This document shows positions 11,982 through 22,199 of a DNA stretch of 64,000 nt, piece by piece. Location: positions 42,222,001 to 42,286,000 of the forward strand of contig OZ296659.1 of NCBI GenBank assembly GCA_965655095.1. Reading direction: 5' to 3'. This DNA comes from Haplodiscus bocki. Its lineage: Eukaryota. Both the position numbers and the translations under genes were made by a program. The notes below the pieces were generated by a model. It saw only the letters and a list, made by a program, of their open reading frames with translations. It made no database searches and was not told the DNA's origin. Numbering within the stretch: position 1 is the stretch's first letter; every line of letters begins with the position of its first letter.

Positions 11982-13898
11982 CCCGGGTTGAAGTCCCAGA
12001 GTTAATCAGCTAGTTTCATAGTTTTGACGTTTTTCAGCGCTGATTCAGAGAACATGATAAACACCAGCGCTGTTCAGAACTGAAAAATTCAGCACTGTAT
12101 CAGAGCTGAACAGCGCTGTTTCAGAGAGAAAGAGCTCTGAATCAGCGCTGTTCAGCGCTGATTTTATTTGCTCTGAAACATTGGATTTTCAGCGCTGAAC
12201 AGCACTGATTCAGCGCTGATTTACTCTGAATCAGCTCTGATAGTTACACATGTAGATGAGACTATCAAAATATGATAACATAGTCCGAAGTGCTGGAAAC
12301 GCACGAAGTGGTCATTAAAATTGGTATTCCTGGATCAGAAAAAAGGTAAAAATTCTGCAAATTGACAACAAAGACTCAAATTTATTAGAATGATCTTGGA
12401 ATTTCACACCTATAAACGGAAAAATGTTTTTGAAAAGTTGCATCATATCTGTTTTGTTACTTGAGCAGTAACAGTAAGCCCAAAAATTCAAGTATGGGTT
12501 ATATTTTTGGCCTGTATGAAAATGGAGAAGTAAAATTTTTTGCTCACTTCGTTTCGTAAACTGGGCTGAATACTACCCGGGTTGACGTCTCAGAGACATT
12601 CAGCGCTGATCAGCTCTGATTCACAATACTTTCAGGTCTGTTTTAGCGCTGTTCATTGCCTGAAAATCTCTGAACAGCGCTGATTCAGCTCTGAACAGCG
12701 CTGAAAACGGAAATTTTCAGAGCTATAAATCAACGCTGAAACAGCGCTGGTTTTCTCTGAAACAGCGCTGATTCAGAGCTGAACAGCGCTGATATCCTCT
12801 GACATAGCGCTAAACAGGGCTGATTTTTGAATAATTCAGAATGACAATTGTTGGTTTATTTTTCAATACGTTCAAAATTTCTCTAACTACCTCAATTTCA
12901 AGGCACATAACTCTGGTTTCCAGCCCAGTTAACGAAAAGAAGTGAGCAACTTCTCCTCATACTTCTCCATTTTCGTACAGGCCAAAAATAAAACAAATAC
13001 TTGAAATCTTGGGCTCACTGTTACTGCTCAATTAACAAAACAGATATGGTTCAACTTTTCAAAAACATTTTTGCGTTTATAGGGGTAAAATTCCAAGATT
13101 ATTCCAAGAAATTTGAGTCTTTGCTGTCAATTTGCAGAATTTTTACCTTTCTTTAATACAGAAATACCATTTTAATGACCACTTCGTGCGTTTTCAGCAC
13201 TTCGGACTACGTTATCATATTTTGATAGTCTCATCTACATGTGTAACTATCAGAGCTGATTCAGAGTAAATCAACGCTGAATCAGCGCTGTTCAGCGCTG
13301 AAAGTCCTATGTTTCAGAGCTAAGAAAATCAGCGCTGAACAGCGCTGATTCAGAACTCTTTGTCTCTGAAACAGCGCTGTTCAGCTCTGAAACAGCGCTG
13401 AATTTTTCAGCTCTGAACAGCTCTAATTCAGAGAAAATCAGAGCTGATCAGCTCTGAAACAGAGCTGATCAGTGCTGATGTTTATCATGTTTTCTGAATC
13501 AGCGCTGAAAAACGTCAAAATTATGAAACAGCGATGTTCAGCGCTGATTACCTGTGGGACTCCAACCCGGGTAGAATTATGAGCCTCGAAATTAAGGTAC
13601 TTAGAAAACTTTTGAAAAGTGAAAAATTAACCAATTATTGTACTTTTGAGATATTAAAAAATTGGAGCTGTTCAGCGCTGTTTCAGAGGAAATCAGCGCT
13701 GTTCAGTTCTGAATCAGCGCTGTTTCAGAGAAAATCAGCGCTGATTTTTAACTCTGAAAATTTCCGTTTTCAGCGCTGTTCAGAGCTGAATCAGCGCTGT
13801 TCAGAGATTTTCAGGTAATGAACAGCGCTGAAACAGACCTGAAAGTATTCTGAATTAGAGCTGATCAGCGCTGAATGTCTCTGAGACGTCAACCCGGG
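11982..13898. mobile_element. Non-autonomous TIR DNA transposon (CMC/EnSpm-like), outer copy, split by a nested copy of the same family
   Basis: Termini CCCGGGTTG (11982) and CAACCCGGG (13898); 2-bp TSD GC (11980-81, 13899-900); dense subterminal CAGCGCTG/CAGAGCTG repeats. 11982-12575 plus 13574-13898 is the reverse complement of the inner element. Confidence 0.85.
12576..13571. mobile_element. Non-autonomous TIR DNA transposon (CMC/EnSpm-like), inner nested copy, 996 bp, opposite orientation
   Basis: CCCGGGTTG...CAACCCGGG termini with a TA TSD (12574-75, 13572-73). Removing it restores 'aactgggctgaatactagaattatgagcct', which aligns to the inner copy's own sequence. Confidence 0.88.
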
Positions 13899-14171
13899 GC
13901 GTATTAGCAAATGATATTTAGTTTTCTGTGATAAAATAAAAGGTGTCTCCGTGTGGGCGTTCTGTCAATTTTTCAAAATTTTATTTTTTTTTTCGGTATC
14001 GGTTAAAATTTTCCGTAATAAATTTGCAGTGAATAACCAATAACCGATAGTAAAGAAATAATACAAGATTGATGGATTTAGACTAAAAAGCATCCAGTTT
14101 GATATGATACATCATTTTGTACCAGAAAATTTGAAATTTAGGAGGTAAATGCATCCATTGCTTTTTGACAG

Positions 14172-14338
14172 GGTTAGACTTGACAGTCAGAATAGCCAAT
14201 GAAGAGAATGCAGAGCTACTGACGTCATCAAGTGGTATCAAAATTGCTGCTCATGACCGCTTGGTGTCACACGGAGTTATTGAAGACGAAGGAGTCTCTG
14301 CTTCTTTGGGACGAGAATCCATGATTCAGTTCAGCAAG
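14172..14338 (+). CDS. DEG/ENaC (ASIC/ENaC family) channel, internal exon (palm/beta-ball: GLDLTVRIA...GIKIAAHD...EDEGVSASLGRES)
   Basis: cag| acceptor and |gt donor; translation fits the family pattern 'GL.L.L....E......G.....H......EDEG....PG.ES'. Confidence 0.85.
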
Positions 14339-14611
14339 GTGTGAAGAATTGAGATTAACATTAAATTGAAATGATGTGCAGGTACTAAACAAATTGACAA
14401 ATTGAGAAAACTTAAAATCTTGAACAATGTTTGAGACAATCACAATTTTAGGCGCTGAATTACTGATGACTTCCTATGTGAACATATCAAATATCTCTTG
14501 TGAATAATCGTCTGAATAAATATTTGATACCCAACGAAATTTTATTCAGCTCATGATCCAAAAGAAACATTGTTCTATACTCAAGGTTCCTGAATTTATT
14601 ATATGTTTAAG

Positions 14612-14707
14612 AGGGTTCTGAAACGTGGAACTGAACGGAAACTGGGCTGTGTGAACTCGTGGCCTCATGAAGTTGGTGAGATCTATGGAGTAAACTATGA
14701 CCGAAAG
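14612..14707 (+). CDS. DEG/ENaC exon (RVLKRGTERKLGCVNSWPHEVGEIYGVNYDRK), start of the thumb
   Basis: aag| and |gtaaca sites, 96 nt, phase 0-0; supplies the first thumb Cys and the Tyr ahead of the C...C motif. Confidence 0.72.
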
Positions 14708-16794
14708 GTAACACCATGATTCAATCTTTTTATTCTAGATTATCCTATCATCTGACGCGTTATTCTGTTTCATCATTGCAATACTAAACAAAACTATATC
14801 TCTTTGCCCATTACTTCCGGCTAATATCTCATCTTTAACAGAATACTTGCAGCTGTTTCAGGATCAACACTCAGTTTGTTGTTTTTGTTGTACATACTGT
14901 TTGTTTCCTATGGTAACCCCCCGCATTCAAAGCCCTTCATTATAAAAAGAAAGCACTCAAATGAGTGGATACTTTCGTGCGTGTTAGAGAGATAGAACTC
15001 AATTCGTTCAGTTTGACAAATTCTTTTCAAGTTTGTTACTGACGTAACTTGTCACTTTCGCGGTGTGTGGCCGTTGCTACGTAAAAAAACTTAAAGTCTC
15101 AAAATCACCTTGCCGGCCCCCATGAACAAAAAGCAATGCGTGAAGTTGCTAGTAAGGACTTTGATCATTGCTAAACAAGTGGTAGAGTTTGAGAAAGAAT
15201 ATAATTGGATAATTTGTACTTAGTTAAATTTACACACTCCACAGAAAAATTTTGACGTGGGAATAGCTAGCTTGATCTAGGGAACGTCCGGTTGAGAATT
15301 CGGTTTAATCCAGTCCAACTGGAAGTAAACGAGGCAGAGTTTTATCTTTCAAATTGTTCAACTGGGAACTTATTAACCGCTTCAGAAATATACTCATTAA
15401 AAGAAGTTCAATTTCTAATATAAAATCTTATTGACTGCAGTTTTTGTTATAGAAGTGACATTTGGAAATGAATGTAGCTCCGGAGTTACAAGTCCCAGTC
15501 AACTTTTCCAAACAACGGGAAAAAGCATTCTCTGAGCACCAGCAATTTGCAGTTTCTTTTGTTTTAATTTTGCCTAGGGCAGAAAATATGATCATCAGCT
15601 TTTTCTAGCAAGTTTTTCATTTAGGTAATTATCTATTGTGTTTTTAGCTATGACTATAATATTCGCAAAATGAACAATTTAGCGAGTTCCTTATGTTCAA
15701 TTTTATAAAACTCAGACCCAGAATAAAATCCAGGTAATATTGACCACTTGTTTCAGTTGTCGATCAGAGGTGGGTTAATTAAATATGACTGGGTAACTCG
15801 CTTTACAGCGTAGCAGGCGAGCAATGTCTCTTAGTTTTCAGAGAATTACCATCGGTTAACCAATGAACCTGAGCTGTGATCGAGGATTGGCTCTAACTCT
15901 AAGATCACTTTATCTGAGACTCAACATCATTGGATTTAGAGGCAGGCGCACCGAGCGAGTCCTCATATGTTTCGGACTGTTTCTGTTGTACTCTTATTCA
16001 AAGGAATGATATACCAACAGACCCGATAATAATCAAGTTTCATTAGGAGAGCTGTACTCTTCTAGGTTCAGTCCATTGGAAACTCACTTCCTGCATTTTC
16101 AATAACTGATGTTAGATTTTGTTCAGTTGTTCACGATGGGTTTTTTTTGTCGAAAATAGGCAGGATCCAACCATTTCAGAGCACCAACTTATTCTTAAGA
16201 TTATTTTCACAAGTCAGCTGTAAGAATCTTGAGGTTGCCAACTTGTATCCTAAAAGGTTTCAGAATTTTCAAAAGAAGAAAATTTCAAGGTAAAGTAAGT
16301 AAATTGGCAGAAATATAATCGAGAATTTCGGTGGTGGTTCCCGGTGAAAAGGAAAAAAATGAAACCTACAATTTCAGCCATCCTGTATTTCAGAGTTTTA
16401 GCGCTTTTCAAGGTTGCGGCCAAATAAGGTTAACGCAACGCCAAGGAGCATCAAGTAAGGTAAGTACTGGGCCAAGGAGCACCAATTATGGTCATCACAG
16501 TGAAGATGTCAAAAAACGGGCTCGGAAAACTTCAAGGAGTGCCGTTTGTGAGGCAATCACTTTTAGCACCGAACATTGGTCGTTAACAAATTAAAAAGCG
16601 TCGTAATTGTTTGTGCAGAGTTTGTCAGAGAAAATTTGAAACTTTGAAGTGAGCGTTTCCAACTCCGTTTTCGCTCCCCAATTACTTTCCTTTCAAACTG
16701 GTAAGTTATTTTTTGTTTATTTTTTTGTGTCATTATTTAAAGTTAGCAGTATGCTTTGTTTAGCATTATGCCAAGCACGGCAATACTGCTAAAC

Positions 16795-17135
16795 TTTTTT
16801 TTTCACCCGTGTTTCAATATGGAAGTAAAATCATTTTTTTCCGAGTATGGTAGTTCACGTAAAGTTTCCAATTAATTGCACGATTCTGCCAAATTTGTAC
16901 GTTATTGAAATTGAAGACTTTTCACCTCCATTTTCGTAACACATTTTCAGTAGAATGCCGAAGAAATGGTAACATTTGTCAATACTTTTTCGACTAAATA
17001 TTAGGGTCTTTTTTTCAAAAAAGAAATCAAAATTATTTTATATTGGGAGAAAGAAGAAAATTGAAGGTATGTAGAAGAATAATTTCAACACAGTTGGAAG
17101 CCGAAAAATATCCCTGTTTTAGCCAGGCGTCTGGT
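16795..17135 (+). mobile_element. Diverged HINE-family copy (subfamily shared with the fragment at ~42322)
   Basis: 3' end 'gaaaaatatccctgttttagccaggcgtctggt' matches the reverse complement of 42322-42360; the 5' end resembles the other copies. Confidence 0.5.
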
Positions 17136-17375
17136 ATAGTTAACAGTCAAATTTCACTAACTATAAAATTGTGCAAATGCTTATTTTAGTCGGCGCGTGT
17201 AAACAAGCCCGACTACTGCAGTGACTCTTCGTTTTTTTCTTCGAGTCGCCTATATTAACAGATTTGATGTTTTCGCTAAACGTATGTATTCACATATACC
17301 GCGTCGACTTGAGCCGCTCCCGGATTGCTAATGATTATCACAACATATAAAAAATTAGTTGTAATTTTTTTTCAG

Positions 17376-17499
17376 TTATGCCACAAGTTCTGTAGGCAAC
17401 ATGCCCTGGTGGCCAAGTGTCAGTGCACTGTATCTCTTCTGTACAGACAGTACCATCCAAATATTTCTTTCTGTCAACTGCTCAACAACGCAAACCAAT
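17376..17499 (+). CDS. DEG/ENaC exon, Cys-rich thumb (LCHKFCRQHALVAKCQC...FCQLL)
   Basis: ttttcag| and |gtaag sites; C...C.Q......C.C pattern; phase 0-1 joins the next exon. Confidence 0.88.
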
Positions 17500-18084
17500 G
17501 TAAGATTTTGAAGTTTAATCGTCCAGTTCGAACTCACAGCTAAATCCCATCAAATATATATTAGTTGTGCAGGCATAAGGAGTATTCTAAAGATTTAAGC
17601 AAATTTATCGAAACATGGTTTGGGTGGGAAAATGTGAGCAAATTTTACTACGATGATGAAAAGAGAAATGCACAGAGAAAAGCATTAATTGAATTATTGA
17701 AACTTTGATTTAGCTAGCCATAAAACGTTGGTTAAAGGGAGTTTAAACTAAAAGCATGAAAGCATCAAAAATCTTTCGAGACAGTTTTGTTGATTTGAAC
17801 CTAAAAGAATGATTGCGTTCGTTTTTTACTAGAGTGTTGAAGTATACATCCGAAAAGTAAATTGAAAAGAAATCATGGAAATAGATTGTAGATTTGTATT
17901 TATAGCATATGATTGAAATTCAGTAGTAACCCTGCCATAGAAAAATATTTTTAAAAATAGTTGATTTATTTGTTTCATTAAATTTCCTTGATTTTTATAA
18001 ATGAAAAATTATAGAAAGAAAACAGCCAAAGCCGACAAGTAGACTTTGAAGTTGAAAAATCAGACTGCTCATGATATTTTCCAG

Positions 18085-18175
18085 ATCCGTGCTGGAAGGA
18101 ATTCGAGAATCCAGAGACAGAAGAGAGGATCCAGACACTGGCCAAGTGTGAGACCTATTGCCAGCCTGCTTGCGC
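18085..18175 (+). CDS. DEG/ENaC exon, end of the thumb (PCWKEF...KCETYCQPAC)
   Basis: ccag| and |gtaaat sites; C...C.P.C motif; phase 1-2. Confidence 0.88.
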
Positions 18176-18245
18176 GTAAATAAAATATCAGCATTATGAG
18201 CTTCATCCGGCGTTGTTCAGACCTGGAAATTTGCTACATTTTCAG

Positions 18246-18303
18246 GGAAATAAAACACGATCTGTTGCTCTCCCAATTCTGGTATCCAAACATCAATTCC
18301 GCA
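18246..18303 (+). CDS. DEG/ENaC exon (EIKHDLLLSQFWYPNINSA)
   Basis: 70-bp GT-AG intron upstream; fits 'E..Y....S...P.'; phase 2-0. Confidence 0.85.
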
Positions 18304-18696
18304 GTAATTATATTTTTTCTGGTTTTTTAAAGCATTTTAGATATGAATCAGACTTTTCCAACAAGCGGACGGATTCATAGATGCAACAAATTTAGTGGAA
18401 TTTTTCTGTGTATATTACATATTCTTGCGGGATTTGCATTGCCTCATTGCCAAAAGTTAAGGTGAAAAAAAATCATATTAACTTGTTGAGCTGGCGGAAA
18501 ATATTCTTTGATGATCATTAGATCAAGCTTTTCCTTAACAAGAACAGAATAGTCGGTTTTTAGTTTAAAATCCGAAACCAGATTGTCTAATTCTGTTGAA
18601 AAAACACCAAAAAACAATAAATGTGATTTCTTAGATTAAGTTTTTAGGCTTGCTCACTTCACAAAACTAGCCCTACAGATTTTTTTTCATTTCCAG

Positions 18697-18935
18697 GCAA
18701 CTGAGATCATGCGTCTTTACATGATGGTGACAGGCAACAAAGAAGCGAGACAAGAAATGAATCAGTACCTAGACCTGGCTTGCAAGTCTATCAAGGCAGC
18801 CAACAATATCTCATCTTGCTTCGGACAGAGTTGCGCCAAGAGTTTCCAGTGTCTGAAGAATAGAAAGCAAGAGTTTCTCATTCAAGAGCTGCCCAAGTAT
18901 TCAGAGCTGTTCAAGCGTAGCAACCAACTCTTCAG
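18697..18935 (+). CDS. DEG/ENaC exon, unusually long Cys-containing knuckle region
   Basis: ttccag| and |gttaat sites; open for 79 codons (ORF track 18709-18948); phase 0-2 fits both neighbours. Confidence 0.8.
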
Positions 18936-19035
18936 GTTAATTTTTTGATTTGGACTGACATGCTCAAATTCTAATTTATGCTCCGCAAAAAAGAAGTGAA
19001 ATGAAAGTGTCAGTTATGTATTTTTCTTGTTTCAG

Positions 19036-19111
19036 AGAGCGATATGCCCGGATATACGTTTTCCATGATGAAGAGGAATATGAACTAATTGAGGAGTCAA
19101 TTGAAGTACCG
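19036..19111 (+). CDS. DEG/ENaC exon (RERYARIYVFHDEEEYELIEESIEVP)
   Basis: tttcag| and |gttagt sites; fits the pre-TM2 strands 'R.N.A...VF.....YE.IEE'; ends phase 0. Confidence 0.88.
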
Positions 19112-20119
19112 GTTAGTATTTCATTCATCGGCTACACGCAGTTAACTCCATTTTGCAAAGACTTTAAAAGATTCTTTTGAATAAAACGCTCTCTGCATGA
19201 CACAGCTTACATTTTAAGTGATTGTCTGTTAGTATTTAGCAAAGTAGGTAGCTCAACATTCATGTAAAATAAGGTGGTAAAAAAACTCAAAAAACTTGTA
19301 AGAAATCATTTAAATTAGAGCAACTTCAAATGGTACAATCGTAGTTGACCATCACCGCCCAAATAGCTTACTAAGTTGTTTGTATGTACCTCAAAACTAG
19401 AACGCAAAATTTTCTAACAGGGTCCTGTTACAGATGCCCTACGTCCATAGAAGCCCTTTATTAAGCATATTTTGCACCCATTGATGGGCAGATTGCCCTC
19501 CATTTTTTCGATTTTAGCAAAAACAGTCGTGTGATAAAACACGTTCACTCAGCGCGAAAAAAATGCCATTTTTACGGCTCGATGACAAAAAGAACAAAAA
19601 ATGAGAAACTGTACAAGTAAAATTTTCATAGACTTTTTATCTAGTTTACATTAGTTTTTTTGTAGAACTCTAGCATTATTACTTCAGGTGCTACAAGAAT
19701 CCGTTTTTTGCCGTTTTTGCATTTTTTGACCTGGTTAAAAAGTACAATTTTTATAAAAATTGTACTCTACGGAAGCTTTTTCTCCTAAAGCGAATGGTTA
19801 ATCTGAAGCCAATGGTTCATTTCCAGCTCTAATTTTGTGAAAACCTCATTTTGTAGTTATTTTTCGTACACAATTTCAAAGATCAGTTTTTAATATAGAT
19901 TTTTTTCAACTAAAATTTGTAATAGATGTATTTTTGACGTCAATGGGTTGCTTACCCAGGTTGACCACTACAGCACGTTATTAACTTCTATGTAAACCAT
20001 CCATCACATCATCCATAATCTATCCATAAGAATCCACGTTTTGTAATGTATTAACAAAGCACAATTTATGATGATTTAGTCAACATTAATCCACTGAGCT
20101 GTGATTTCTAATTGGAGAA

Positions 20120-20864
20120 CCTGGTTAACCACCCCAGTGATAACTTACTATCTCCTATCCCTGTACCCCAGCCCTGTCCCTGGGAAAACCCGTAGCAACA
20201 ACTTGTTAAGAAAGCCCTGGTTCCATGGAATGCCTTAGTGAGAATGCGCTGTGCCCAAGAATGGGCTTAGTAAGAATACCCAGTTCCCAGTTATGCACCG
20301 TAGTAACAATGCACTGCACCCCATTGAAAAAATTTCGGATCCAGATGCTTTTTCCTAGGTTTTGTGTTTTCCTCTACAAAAATGTAGTAAGATTCTAACA
20401 GTCGATTCAGAACCAAGCGTTTCACGTCGGCTCAAAAAACGACATTGATTTTATCCGAAAGGACGAGATGAGGTAATTTTTGAAAAAAAATGTTTCACTA
20501 TGTGTTTCTTTTCAGACAAATTGAAACATTACAAAACATACGATTTTAGAAAATTCTTTATTCCTGATGCTTTTAAACGTGTTCATTGACAAAATACCTT
20601 CAACAGGTATAAAGTTCATCAAATTTTACCTCTAATGGTTGAATAACCTTGATTTTTGGTTAAATGCATAAATTATTAGAGCGTTACGCAATTATGTACT
20701 GTGTACGCACTGGGCCAAGGAATAACTTACTACGGCCCCAGGGCTGCACCCAGGGATAACTTAGTAAACTCCATGGGTTCATCCCTGGGCCCGTACTAAG
20801 TCATCCCTGGTTCCCGTGTACCCCACCGCTGTCTTACTAAGAATGCTTGGGTGGTCAGCCCAGG
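20120..20864. mobile_element. Eroded MITE with CCTGG..ACCACCC inverted termini and CTTAGTAAG/CTTACTAAG subterminal repeats
   Basis: cctggttaaccacccc at 20120 vs gggtggtcagcccagg ending at 20864; repeated ttagtaag/cttactaag and cccaggg motifs in both arms. Confidence 0.55.
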
Positions 20865-21515
20865 ATAATTACTTTGTCATACACGTGGGTAATCAACAGT
20901 TTGCAACAGATCTTCTTTTCAGAGCAACATGCTTTTTCAGAGGATTCGTAATAGAGTTTGCTCCGTCCACATAAGTTGTTTCCCAAAACATTGCAATTAT
21001 CTGGACTAAAGTAGGGAAATGAAAATTGTGGTTATATCATTATAAATATTCCCAAGAACTCTTTTTTTCCTCAGAAATTTATTTTTCTGATTTCTTAAAG
21101 TTGTCAATCAAGTCTCTTAAATTCTTAGTTATGATTGATGCGCAATTTACTATAAGGATCAACAAAGTTTGACACCGGTGAGAGACCGTGTTTTATATTT
21201 TTATGGCCAGAAACTCACTCGCTTCACATACTCTATCACACATTTCTAAGTTTTGCCTGTGAAGGAACAGAATTATCACTTTTAAATTATGAATAAATTA
21301 ACCTTCAAAATTACTTACAATGATCTTCGGAAAACAAACTCCCTCCTTTTTATTTTTTTGTCTGCTCAACCAGCTTCCTCAAAGTTACTGCCGCTGAGTT
21401 CTTGAAACAAGTTTTTGATGTATTTCTCTTGCAACTGGTCTTTTTGAAAGGGCTCTGCATGTGTGAAAGTAGAAGCGCATAGTAGGAGAGCAAAAAGCTT
21501 TCGACCATACATATT

Positions 21516-21940
21516 AACAAGACGGCCGGCTACCCCGGCATTTTTCCACCCTCCAGTTTTGTTAAAGATGCCTTTTAAAAGGATAAAAACATTTTTTTTT
21601 CAGAGAAATACTTCTTTTCGAATTTTTCTAATTTTTTCAATTTTGAAAAGTTTCTGATGTTTTTGCATTAACATCACAATTAAGGTGAGAAAGATTTTTT
21701 TTAAAACGTACTATCATTTGATACGCATTCTATAGCAAAATTGCCACCTTTAAAATTTTGAAAAAAGAATTATTTTTTTCAACAAAAATCAACTTTGGTA
21801 CTTTGGTACGTTTTGAGAAATTCTACTATTTCAATCGCATTCTACAGGAAAGTTGTTAAAATTGGCATTTAAACGCAAAAAAATGCACCGTTCGAGTGGA
21901 TGGTTATCCAGCCAATTTAAATATGGGCAGAAAACAATAA
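21516..21940 (-). mobile_element. HINE/DINE-1-like copy
   Basis: Starts aacaagacggccggctaccccggc (reverse complement of the hairpin end) and ends atatgggcagaaaacaataa. Confidence 0.75.
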
Positions 21941-22199
21941 CAGGTTACTTTGACAAACAATTCTTACCGATAGCACTGAACGTGAATTTTGGTGTATGTG
22001 ATCAATACTACCACGGATAAAAGTTCCAAAAGTTACCACTCAATCTACTATTGCATTGAAATACCAATTAGTAGGAACTATTTTGTTTACTCAAGTTTTA
22101 GAAAAACAACTAGCTGCACTGAGCAAGATTGAACAATGCCAAAAGTCATTTCACCCATATCTTTACCTATTCCAATATTTAGTACAGTAGACACTGAAT

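Noticed and set aside
12030-13890. CRISPR-like or satellite interpretation of the CAGCGCTG array, and ORF 13534-13818
   Set aside because: No constant repeat-spacer period and a eukaryotic context; explained by transposon subterminal repeats. The ORF is a repeat artefact.
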